Positions 5,032 to 14,710 of a stretch of 64,000 nucleotides of DNA are shown piece by piece. The translations under genes were made by a program, and so were the position numbers. This stretch comes from an uncultured virus (IMG/VR IMGVR_UViG_3300001605_000029) (lineage: Duplodnaviria; Heunggongvirae; Uroviricota; Caudoviricetes). The notes below the pieces were generated by a model. It ran no database searches, was not told where the DNA came from, and worked only from the letters and a program-made list of their open reading frames with translations. How positions within the stretch are numbered: the stretch's first letter is position 1; each line of letters begins with the position of its first letter. The stretch covers positions 1-64,000 of the IMG/VR virus record IMGVR_UViG_3300001605_000029, one strand, 5' to 3'.

Positions 5032-7273
5032 TTAGTCAAAATCGGATCTCTCGGCGTATTCTTTAAACATACGCATACGACCTGACGGTCCTAGTACATG
5101 ATCGAATATTTCTCTAGTGCGTTGTAACATAGCACAAGCCATTAACAGCATATCGTGTTCGCTGTCACACATCATAATTTGTTGCTCAATAGGAACCATT
5201 AGTTCCTTCATTCTGTTTTCAATATCACTCATGATTTACCTTTGACAGCTGACACATTAATTGGAATTGATCGTATGCGTTCTTGACAGCTTCGTTCTGC
5301 ATCAGTTTGTCTGCTTCTGCTTGCATGGCCTTTATACCCGCTTCTACAATGTCATGAGTGCTGACACCCTGTAGCGTATACATGTCCTGTCCGAATGCTT
5401 TAGCGAGATTTTCCCAAGCTGTACGTTGTTCTTGAGTAATAGGTTGCTTGCTAGGCTTGAGTTCGCTAGCTGTCATCATGGCCTTGCACATGGCATCTTC
5501 AGCTACTCGCCCGGCAGCAATCATAGGTGCTAATGCCGGTTCAATATTAAAACGTCGACTAGTTCCACCAGGATACACCATTACAAGATGATTGCCTTTG
5601 TGAAAACTGTCCATTAGATCGTTGTCATATTCAGCAACAGGCACATACCTGCGACCGACTTTTTCATAATAAATTTTCTTAGTCATTTCTGTTCTATGTG
5701 TGTGTTTGCAATATCATCATAGTTGACCCAACAATCTTTTTCCATATCCCAATGACGATTGTCGTAAATGTTAAAATTAACACTATAACCAAGTAGGCCA
5801 AATTCGAGAGTTAATCCGGCATGATCTCTAAAAAGAGTGCAATCAAGTTCAATAGCAATGAGACTGGCATCTTTCATTATTTGCAGTTCCCAAAACTTAT
5901 TTTTCCAAGGTGTTTTTCCACTCCAACATTTAACGTTGTCAAAGCGGTTACGCCACAATGGATTTTGAACATTGATTCTAAAATAGATCATTTTTCGTAA
6001 ATATGGTTGTTAAATTCAGTAAATCTTGTTACGAAGCTTTCTTCGTAACAGCTAAATTCTCTAGTTGTATTTTCGTCGCTCATACGATCTAGTCGATAAT
6101 AAATCCAATTTTTACCATTTATATTGGTAATATCGATTACAACATATGTTTCGTAATTTGAATCTTTCCATCTACTACCAGGTGTTACCATTGTTTTCTC
6201 CGGTTTTGAATACGTCAGTGGCTTCGGTATCAACATTTTCAACCATATGTACCATAAAACGATATGCATTCCATGCAGTTTTTACTGACTCGTTTGTACT
6301 TAGTTCAGTAGGGAAAATATCAACCCAGATCGAACTTTCAGGCTGTTGATGACGATGCATACCTTGCAGTCTAGGCTGCAAAATACGATTGGTATTCCAT
6401 AGAGCAGTAACTACTTCTTTTGCTTTTTCAATATCACAGCCCAGCAAATATCCACTGCGATAGCTATACTCGTCGATTACACCATCCATATGATCCAAGC
6501 TGTCTACCCTAGTAGCAGTGATTAGAAATGCAACATCATCAATCGCAACATCGCCGTTGACAATATCACGAACACATCGACCGAGGCTAAATCCAATTTT
6601 CATTTTTTAAATTCCATATAGGGTGCAATATCATTATCAAAAATCTGTGCCATTTGTCGCCACAGCGCTTCTCGATCTCCGGGATGCATACCAGAACTCA
6701 ATCGGTCAAAAGCAAAAATTTCGTTAGCATTATTGCTATCAAAGTTCGTAGGCTCTTTGACTAACCCATAGTCATGCTGCATAGTATAACACATACTGGT
6801 AATAATTTCTTCTCTAGTCTTCATGCTATTCTCTTAAGTTTAATAGCTGATGCTAAACGAAAAATATAACGATCCTTGTTGGGACATATGCTGGCAATTT
6901 CGTCATTCTCATCATAGTACATAGATAGATCAGTAAGAATACGAGGCTTCATACGAGTACCCGGATTAGTGATTACTACATCCCAACTATTGGAATTCCA
7001 CATACTGCGTTTTTTGCTAATCGAAAATTCGTAAGTTTTACCCTTGGCTTCTTTAAGAATGTAGTGCTCACCTTTTTTCTTAGATTCCCAAGAAATATTT
7101 TGCATAACTTCATTAACTTTGTCTTTAAATTCTTTTTCTTTTTCTAGTGCTTTTAGTCGATTAGAAATCTGAATCATATCCGAAGTTGTCAAACCCATGA
7201 GTTGACATTGTACAATAATTCGTTCCTGCTTGTCGGTAAGTTTAGCTCGAGTGCGTGGCATAGTATTATTCAA
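5032..7273 (-). CDS. Run of seven overlapping small hypothetical phage genes (5032-5232, 5225-5686, 5683-5991, 5988-6191, 6175-6603, 6600-6824, 6821-7273)
   Basis: Tightly coupled ORFs with stop/start overlaps behind a TTGACA-17-TATTAT promoter at 7291-7319. Confidence 0.75.
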
Positions 7274-7329
7274 TAAGTTACTGATTCGTTATAATAGCAT
7301 CAAATGATTACATTGTCAATAGGCTAATA

Positions 7330-7810
7330 GGTCTAAAGACCAACACTCGCTTATTCAGCTCGTGTTATTTTTTCTTTTCGAATTATTTTAAGTTTTGCTA
7401 GATTGTGAAGCCATACGACACCCTGTAAAAGAGTGCCGTATGAGTTGTTTGCTGAGTTGCTCCGCACACACTGAGACAATAGGTATTTGTTTTCCACTGC
7501 TCTGGGCTCTGTACCTTACCCCACCTACTACGATTTTTAAGAGAACTTCGGTGTCACTGTTCTCATGGCAGTTTTGGAAATTTGCATCAACCGTATACGA
7601 TCTTGCAAACGTGAACAGTCAATGGACTGGCGTTTAAGGCATCTCAAGTCGTGGCTTGAGGTAGTGCAAGAAAGTCTTTTGCGGAGGAAAAGAATGGCTA
7701 CCCACACACATCAGATGGGATTCACCAGCAGCATTGTATCCCGGCCTGCCAACCTTATGTCACGCTAGTTTGCCTAGGTGAGCCTTAATGAGCCTAAAAG
7801 TTTGTTTTGT
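7330..7810 (-). ncRNA. Candidate large ornate ncRNA (~480 nt)
   Basis: Gene-free, GC-richer stretch dense in hairpins; strand inferred from context. Confidence 0.6.
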
Positions 7811-7903
7811 AGTAAACAGTATACAGGAGAAACCAAAATTGGTCATTCGATTTTGGCATTTTGAGTCAACAAAAAGTCCCTTAACGGGACTTCGATATTG
7901 TTG

Positions 7904-8131
7904 TTAAGAGTTTTTCCATCGCAGTTGAAAAAATACAACATCTTTTTCATTACCAAAGTTATATTCTGCAATGTTGTCCCACTGAAGTGAAACATCTGAA
8001 ACATCTTGTACATGATATCCTAAGAAGCTACTGCATTGATTTTTTGCCCAATCGGCTGCTTCTTTAAAATATTCGTCTGCCAATTCATATGGAATATTAT
8101 CGTCATTAAGATAAACTGTTTTTACGACCAT
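7904..8131 (-). CDS. Small F.LKW-family protein
   Basis: C-terminus FGNEKDVVFFQLRW. Confidence 0.75.
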   Translation of the reverse strand: MVVKTVYLNDDNIPYELADEYFKEAADWAKNQCSSFLGYHVQDVSDVSLQWDNIAEYNFGNEKDVVFFQLRWKNS

Positions 8132-8400
8132 TTCATTGCGAACATACTGGCATCTTGATCATTTTCAAAATACCAGTCCATTCCGTCTCCGTGTTTAATA
8201 TCTCTAAATTTGCTTTGACAGTGTTCTAAACACCATCCCAACATTTTATTATAGTTTCCCATGTGTGCTTCTTGATTAATATGCACTTTGTGATATGTTT
8301 CAAGAAGTTTCATAAGTTTATCGTCCTTTGATAGGTCCGAACTGTACCAAGCCCTATGAGTTTGGGTAGCAGCTCTCATCATCGGAACGCTGGTACCCAT
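8122..8400 (-). CDS. Small F.LKW-family protein
   Basis: C-terminus FENDQDASMFAMKWS. Confidence 0.75.
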   Translation of the reverse strand: MGTSVPMMRAATQTHRAWYSSDLSKDDKLMKLLETYHKVHINQEAHMGNYNKMLGWCLEHCQSKFRDIKHGDGMDWYFENDQDASMFAMKWS

Positions 8401-8756
8401 TATCCTTGATTACCTCTTAAAAGTAATTCTGTTAATGCTGGTCCCATTAGTTTGGCTCTTATTTGATATTTGTAACCAAAAGCGTACATGTCACTAATTT
8501 TATGCCACGAAGGAGTTTCCACGGCATGCTTCATAATCCACTTTCCGTTATCGCTTGTTTCCCATTCGTAGAGAAATTGAGCTGCATGTATATCTGGATC
8601 GTCCGTATCATTTACATCAAAAGTGTGTACTACAATTTCTCTAATTTCTTCCACACGCTCCCCTTCTTCGTCGTTAACTACGATATACTTATTCTTTCCT
8701 ATACTTGGTCTCATAATTTTATGAGGATTGTTTTGATGAAATGTATCGAATAACAT
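8400..8756 (-). CDS. Hypothetical protein (possibly divergent F.LKW family)
   Basis: 118-aa ORF coupled to neighbour. Confidence 0.7.
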   Translation of the reverse strand: MLFDTFHQNNPHKIMRPSIGKNKYIVVNDEEGERVEEIREIVVHTFDVNDTDDPDIHAAQFLYEWETSDNGKWIMKHAVETPSWHKISDMYAFGYKYQIRAKLMGPALTELLLRGNQG

Positions 8757-8816
8757 CTATGTTAACACAGACGCATTTTTTGAATACTTATTAATTATTG
8801 ACATTGTTGAGTTAAA

Positions 8817-9233
8817 TTATGCCCATTTTAGACTAAACATAAAAAAGTCTTCTGGATCCTTAAAGGCGGCAAAGATATAATCACCGCCACTGAGTTCATT
8901 TATGTGCCATTCCCACGCAGTACTCGGAGCATTCATAGCACGGTGAAAGTCCATCCTATGCTTGTCCTTGCAGTTCTCATCGCACCAATTGCCCACTATG
9001 CAGGCGCCGTCGATGCCTAGGTCCCAATGATAAACCACATGCCTGTGATTTTCGAAACAGTAGACATAAGGGTAGCCGTGATAAAAGTCGTTGACACGAG
9101 TAGCACGCCAGTTGATGTCCGGGTCGTATTGACGATTATACTGAACCCAGTTATCACAGCCGTGCTTCTTTAAGAAGCGACGATCTCGCCAAGTTTTAAT
9201 CTTGGTGCGAAAGTAATTCAAAAAGTGTAGCAT
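8817..9233 (-). CDS. F.LKW-family protein
   Basis: C-terminus FKDPEDFFMFSLKWA; start taken at MLHFLN. Confidence 0.75.
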   Translation of the reverse strand: MLHFLNYFRTKIKTWRDRRFLKKHGCDNWVQYNRQYDPDINWRATRVNDFYHGYPYVYCFENHRHVVYHWDLGIDGACIVGNWCDENCKDKHRMDFHRAMNAPSTAWEWHINELSGGDYIFAAFKDPEDFFMFSLKWA

Positions 9234-9920
9234 ACTGTGTTTCTGGTTCCATGTGAAAGCCTGTGCCCCAAACAACCCAAACTTTACGCCGATAAACCTT
9301 AATACCCCATGCTCGTTGACCAGTAACGGTCTTAACAGGCAACCAAGCAAAGTGTTCACACCACGGATAACATCCTGCACCGTCTGTGATAATTGTTGTT
9401 TCCATCGGGTTAAATCCTGACCCAAATTTTTCCATACCATTAAGACTCATGTTCCATCCTAGGCTGCGGCCCCAAACTATCTTCATGCAGTTCTTAAATG
9501 ATTCCACATCTTGAGTTGCTCTTTAGCATGTTCGGCTTCTTTGTAGGCTTTACGTGCTTCATCTCTAGCTTCGTTTGCGATGTGTTGTTGTGTGCGAATC
9601 TCTACAGTAAGTTCAGCAATTAGATCAGCAATAGTACGTGCCTTTTGTTCTTTCAATTCGTCATGCAATTGTTTAATTTGAAAGTCTCTGTCAGTTATCT
9701 CATCTTCCAACAATCTAATATACTGCCCAGGATGATAATCGCCGCCCCATTCACTGCGAAAGGTACACCAAGTTTCGTCCATGCCAGCATCGATCAAATC
9801 GTCAACAATAGCTCCTTCAATTCGTTCCATAGCAGTAGCCAATCGAACCTTCACAGGATCGTCGCTGAAATTAATTGTATAGTTGATTAATTCTTTATCT
9901 GTTAGACAATCTAAATTCAT
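9196..9920 (-). CDS. Two hypothetical proteins (9196-9507; 9483-9920 coiled-coil)
   Basis: Coupled ORFs in operon. Confidence 0.7.
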
Positions 9921-10159
9921 TATTGATCTCCAAACTTTAACTTAAACAAAATAGCAGGACGTTCTGTTTCGAATTGAAATACTGTAGTTTCATAATCACC
10001 GTATTGATTATAGTTCCACTGTACATAGTATCTTTGAAAATATCCCTCAGTGGGATACACGCTACACCAATTTATCATTTCGTCACTGACCTTTTTAATT
10101 TTAACACGGTAACGAAAATCTGGATTGGAACGGCCGCCTTCACTGTGATAACGTTCCAT
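9920..10159 (-). CDS. Small F.LKW-family protein
   Basis: C-terminus FETERPAILFKLKF. Confidence 0.75.
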   Translation of the reverse strand: MERYHSEGGRSNPDFRYRVKIKKVSDEMINWCSVYPTEGYFQRYYVQWNYNQYGDYETTVFQFETERPAILFKLKFGDQ

Positions 10160-10165
10160 ATAATG

Positions 10166-10411
10166 TCATGAACCCCACTTCAGCATAAACATTGTAGCAT
10201 CTTTTTCGTCCTCGAACTGCCAGTATAGGTTATATATGTGGTGACTGTGCCACAATCCAGCGCAATTTTGTTTGCACCAATTGTCCATTTGTTCTACAGT
10301 TGCTTGCGGCAACGAACCGAAGTTAATGCGATGTCTAAATACAGCCCGTGCCCGAGTTCCGAGTATTTGATTAATTGATGCTATCTTCAAGTTGTTCCTT
10401 AATACAATCAC
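10166..10411 (-). CDS. Small F.LKW-family protein
   Basis: C-terminus FEDEKDATMFMLKWGS. Confidence 0.75.
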   Translation of the reverse strand: MIVLRNNLKIASINQILGTRARAVFRHRINFGSLPQATVEQMDNWCKQNCAGLWHSHHIYNLYWQFEDEKDATMFMLKWGS

Positions 10412-10673
10412 AGTACTTTAACAAAAAGAAAGATCTATGATAGTCTGTGAAAAAATCTAAATGTATTGAAACTTTGTATCCGTATCGTCCCGCCGATCGA
10501 TCTTCGCGACTAGAGTGATCATAGTACCCTAACCAGTCGTTATGTTCTCTGGGGGTGAAACCTAGTGTTCGCCGCATTTTTTCTCTACTGAGCCATACGC
10601 TGGGCGGATAGTCTTGTTTAATTTTATTCAACACCTGCTGCCATTGTTCGGGAGTTAATACTAGAGCTTTCAT
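10371..10673 (-). CDS. F.LKW-family protein
   Basis: LDFFTDYHRSFFLLKY motif. Confidence 0.7.
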   Translation of the reverse strand: MKALVLTPEQWQQVLNKIKQDYPPSVWLSREKMRRTLGFTPREHNDWLGYYDHSSREDRSAGRYGYKVSIHLDFFTDYHRSFFLLKYCDCIKEQLEDSIN

Positions 10674-10849
10674 GACCATTTCAACAAAAAGAGTATTGCA
10701 TGTTTTTCAGATAACAGTACCATCTGCTTATCCCAATCAAGTCGCCAATCGTTTCCGTAACTACCAAATTTATAGTTGCACCAGTCAACAATGTCCACAA
10801 ATTTTTGAGGAGAGCAATCTCCAAGGTACACTTTGGTAGTTAGTTCCAT
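10670..10849 (-). CDS. Small F.LKW-family protein (59 aa, absent from ORF track)
   Basis: MELTTKVYLG...VDWCNYKFG...SEKHAILFLLKWS*. Confidence 0.75.
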   Translation of the reverse strand: MELTTKVYLGDCSPQKFVDIVDWCNYKFGSYGNDWRLDWDKQMVLLSEKHAILFLLKWS

Positions 10850-11334
10850 ATCCTATGCTTTTCTGCTACCCATTCTTTTCCGTCATACTCATCTATAGTC
10901 CAATCTACATCGGAAGGAACTTCGACAATTTTAAGGCTGGCATATTTTCCGTCAGCAGTTTCTCTCAACTTGTGTACAACTTTTACAAGATATGGATCAT
11001 CTCGAGCAATTGATTGTACGTCGAATACCTGCTGAGAATATTTTGCATTATGTGACTGTTTTTGGGACAACGACATTTTGTGCCAGTTCTTCGGTTCTGT
11101 ATCGACTCTATCGGGACCTGGGGGTACTAACCAATATGTTGGACCCATTAAAGATGAAAACTTGTCAGAATATTCCATCCATACCGGAATACCTAACATG
11201 TCGAGATAGGCCAGAACTGCTTCTTGACTAAGACTGAAGCCCCCATGCCGATTGTTAATTACAATTCGGCGAATGCCTTTAATTTCTTTAATTAATTGAT
11301 TATGGTCAGAGACCTGCAACGTGTCGTGTGTCAT
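10840..11334 (-). CDS. Conserved hypothetical phage protein
   Basis: IVINNRHGGFSLS...RDDPYLV...IDEYDGKEWVAE pattern. Confidence 0.75.
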   Translation of the reverse strand: MTHDTLQVSDHNQLIKEIKGIRRIVINNRHGGFSLSQEAVLAYLDMLGIPVWMEYSDKFSSLMGPTYWLVPPGPDRVDTEPKNWHKMSLSQKQSHNAKYSQQVFDVQSIARDDPYLVKVVHKLRETADGKYASLKIVEVPSDVDWTIDEYDGKEWVAEKHRIWN

Positions 11335-12102
11335 TTGTGTTTAAGTGTGTGTGTATAATGTCATTAACTAATTTAGCTCGATGATCTTTAGTTCGTGCTC
11401 CTAGCACAACAATAACAAATTTTTGTCCAGCACTTTCAACAGCCAGTCCAATAGTAAACCCTGCTCTGCTAGTGAACCCTGTTTTACCTGCAACAATTTC
11501 TTTAAATTGAGATAGTAATCTTTGATTGGTATTATTTAATATTACGTGGGTGTTCTTTTTTCCACGCCTTTGAGATTATCTTAGCCTTCTCCATTGTACT
11601 AACTGTTACTAATAAAAGGGTACAGAGCAGCAACCTGCATCATAGATTCCAATTTCTTCGACAGTTTGATTACGTTTTTAGCCGAAAGTCCCGACGGATC
11701 ATCGAAGAATGTATTTTTCAATCCTAAGGCTTGCGCTTTGCTATTCATAGCCAATAAGAAAGCCTCCCTACCTCCGGGGTAATCATCAGCAATAGAGTCG
11801 GCTGCTATGTTGTCGCTTTTAATCAGTAATGATGTTAGCACATTTTCTCTAGTCTGATTTCCTTTCACAAGTCTTGCACCTGGTTTGAGATGCATTAGTT
11901 TTTCCAAATCGTAATCATAATCTAAAGCGACCATTGCTGTCATAATTTTAGTTACGCTAGCAATAGGTCTCACTATTTCGTTATTTGTATTAACAATAAC
12001 TTGTCCGGTAGTTTCATTGTACATGTATACACTGGGCTTAACTGGATTAGCAAAGGACGATACTGCTATCCACAGTCCGAATAAAATAATAATTCTTTTC
12101 AT
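11306..12102 (-). CDS. D-Ala-D-Ala carboxy/endopeptidase (peptidase S11), frameshifted
   Basis: Signal peptide, ASVTK (SxxK), SDN; KTG motif (GKTGFTSRAG) in another frame near 11480. Confidence 0.85.
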
Positions 12103-12957
12103 TTAAATCTCCACATGGAAGGTGGGATCCCATCCACTTTGCTCGCTGTACCCTTCGGTTTCATAACCTCTTGGATTACACACTATTCGAGTTTCTCCAA
12201 TCATATAATCAAACGGGTGATGCGTATGGCCATGAGTCCATAGTTTAATTTGGGGATGATCAAGAATGAACTGACTCATGTCGCTACTATATCCTCCATT
12301 CATCAGGTATTGATTTGCATACTGCTGATGAGTACTTAGTTTACTAGGACTATGATGTCCTACTATTACGCACTTAGATTCTTTGTGATCGCTCAACATA
12401 AGTTTAAAGTACTCTTTAGTCAGTTTGTGTCGAAGTGCAGTATCTTCTGGACTTAATTTAGCATACGCCCGGTAATCGTTCCTGATAATCCTATAATCAT
12501 TCATCATGTCTTTAATGGCATGCATTGTAATGGGATCATGATTGTTTAGATCAGTCCATAACGTTCCACCGATAAACACAACATCGTCGATAACTTTTGT
12601 GTCTCTTTCTAAGAAATAGACGTTAGGAAATTTAGCACATTCTTCTCGTAGGTAATCAATTCCTGCAAAAAATTTACCATTATAAAATTCATGATTTCCG
12701 GCTACATAAAATGTATGAGGAAATTGAAAACTACAGCGTTTTAAAAAATCACGAAAACGTTGAACTCGTTGTTGTTTTCGACCCAATTCGGCAAATGCGC
12801 CATGTGAGTAGGGATTAAAATCAGCAGCGGCATGATCGTGAAGATCCTGGGCGATCATTATATCTCCCGAAAGAATTAAAACATCAGCGTTGACTTCATT
12901 CTTAATATTAATATCGCTGAATTCTAAATGTAGGTCTGAAACAATTTGTATCTTCAT
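12103..12957 (-). CDS. Calcineurin-like metallophosphoesterase
   Basis: SDLHLE, GD, GNHE, HGHTH motifs. Confidence 0.9.
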   Translation of the reverse strand: MKIQIVSDLHLEFSDINIKNEVNADVLILSGDIMIAQDLHDHAAADFNPYSHGAFAELGRKQQRVQRFRDFLKRCSFQFPHTFYVAGNHEFYNGKFFAGIDYLREECAKFPNVYFLERDTKVIDDVVFIGGTLWTDLNNHDPITMHAIKDMMNDYRIIRNDYRAYAKLSPEDTALRHKLTKEYFKLMLSDHKESKCVIVGHHSPSKLSTHQQYANQYLMNGGYSSDMSQFILDHPQIKLWTHGHTHHPFDYMIGETRIVCNPRGYETEGYSEQSGWDPTFHVEI

Positions 12958-12993
12958 ACAAGTATTTTAGCATACTTTGTTCTAAAGGTCAAT

Positions 12994-13016
12994 AAAAAAG
13001 CCTCCTAAGAGGCTTT
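12994..13016 (-). terminator. Intrinsic terminator
   Basis: AAAGCCTC-loop-GAGGCTTTTTT. Confidence 0.7.
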
Positions 13017-13027
13017 CTAACCTTACT

Positions 13028-13850
13028 TTATAGTTCAGGATCGGGCTCTTGCAACGGCATCGGTTTGCCTTTTGAGCTCATTAACGGTTGCATCGGTTGC
13101 TGGAAAGATTGACCAAACCCACCTTGCATCTGAGGAACTGCTCCGAATCCCGGTGATACAGACCCAAATGCTGGTCCTGAATCGAATCCACCGTTGTTTG
13201 TTGAAGAAATAGTAGAAGAACCTAATGGTCCACTAATTGTTGTTGATGAAGTTTTTGGCCCTCTATCCCATCCAGAATTTGCCGCCTTTAATGCTTCTTT
13301 CTGTGCTTCCTTATCGCCACCTGCCAGCATAATGCCACTTAGTGTACCTGTTAAGAATGTGGCAATTGGAATAATTAATTCAAAGAACTTTTGATCAATT
13401 GGGCTAATAGCATTTAGCGGCTGTGTTACAAATATCAACGAATATAATACAACAAATACAATTCCAAATAATGTCAACGATAAACAAATTCCGATAAAGA
13501 ATTTTAGTCGAGCCATTAGTTGCTCTTCAGTATAGATGTGTGTTGGGTTATTTTCCACAGTTTGCTCCTTGTGCAGTAGATCCGAAACTCGCTGTCGGAG
13601 TCGGTGTATTAAATTTTTTATTTGGGTCATCTGTTTCTGGTCCTAGTCTTGGGTCACGTTGTCCTTTAAAAATATGTTGTGGACAGGTTCTTGTTACATC
13701 ACATGTAGGCAATTGACACATTGGTTTATCCCAGTTTTCTGGGTTTTGACACGGATAGCGGAATCGCTCGCCGTCACTAAAATATGCCATTACTAATGGT
13801 AACAGTATCAATACTGCCAGCCATTTGATTAGCTTTTTATCTGAGTTCAT
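13028..13850 (-). CDS. Two coupled membrane/secreted hypothetical proteins (13548-13850 Cys-rich; 13028-~13551 two TM helices)
   Basis: Hydrophobic segments, YPCQNP...C...C...C motif. Confidence 0.75.
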
Positions 13851-13969
13851 TGTCGCTCCTGAAACTTCTACTATTATTTAACAAAAAAATCAAAAACATA
13901 GTGTATAATTATTCTCCGATATTTAAAAGTTAAGCATTAAATAAATAAGAAGTAGTAAGGAGCGAATAA

Positions 13970-14248
13970 ATGGATGAATTTTTTAAATTAGTAGCAGAAT
14001 TAGGATTTCCTATTGCAGCGGCAATGGGAGCTGGATATTTTGTGTTCTTAACATTGAAGTTTATCCTTGCTGGCGTAACTAGCAGTGTTAACGGTATGGG
14101 TGGTATCATTAAAGGTCTTGATGCACGAGTTGATACTATGACTAATCAATTGCAGCGTATTGATGTAAAAGTTAGTCATGCGCTCGGTCTTCAGCCCGAT
14201 TATGATAGAATAGCCCGTGCTGAACAATCAGATCAACGAAAGGATTAA
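13970..14248 (+). CDS. Small membrane protein, TM plus coiled coil
   Basis: GFPIAAAMGAGYFVF; RBS AAGGAG. Confidence 0.8.
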   Translation: MDEFFKLVAELGFPIAAAMGAGYFVFLTLKFILAGVTSSVNGMGGIIKGLDARVDTMTNQLQRIDVKVSHALGLQPDYDRIARAEQSDQRKD

Positions 14249-14251
14249 ATT

Positions 14252-14617
14252 GTGGATATTGCCGAACTAGTAAACAAATATGGATTTCCTATTATAAGTG
14301 CCGCTGGCATGGGCTATTTTATATACTATGTATGGACATGGGTGACTACAGAAATAAAGCCAGTGATTGGACAAGCTAACGGAACATTAATTGCATTAAT
14401 TGATCGCATACGATTAATGGATAACGATTTAATCAGATTAAATCAAAAAGTAGAAACCGTAATGGAATTGCGCGGAAAAACTATCGAAAAAGAGCGTATT
14501 GCCGCCGATGTTATTATTAATAAGGAACCAAAAGTTAATCCAGCAGAAGATATTAAGCCCATTCCCCACAGAAAATTTACACAACAAGAAATTAACGACG
14601 CAGCAGGAGACGAGTAA
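14252..14617 (+). CDS. Small membrane protein, paralog of upstream gene
   Basis: GFPIISAAGMGYFIY. Confidence 0.8.
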   Translation: MDIAELVNKYGFPIISAAGMGYFIYYVWTWVTTEIKPVIGQANGTLIALIDRIRLMDNDLIRLNQKVETVMELRGKTIEKERIAADVIINKEPKVNPAEDIKPIPHRKFTQQEINDAAGDE

Positions 14618-14710
14618 TTTCTTTAATGTTGTCGGAGTTTCCTAAAACAAAGTAAGGCCAATAATATGCCAGGACACAGAGCCTGGCATATTCATCTAGA
14701 ACATCTGCTA

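Noticed and set aside
7395..7768. Two plus-strand ORFs in the gene-free region
   Set aside because: Against local coding direction, no clear RBS, atypical composition; hairpin density favours RNA.
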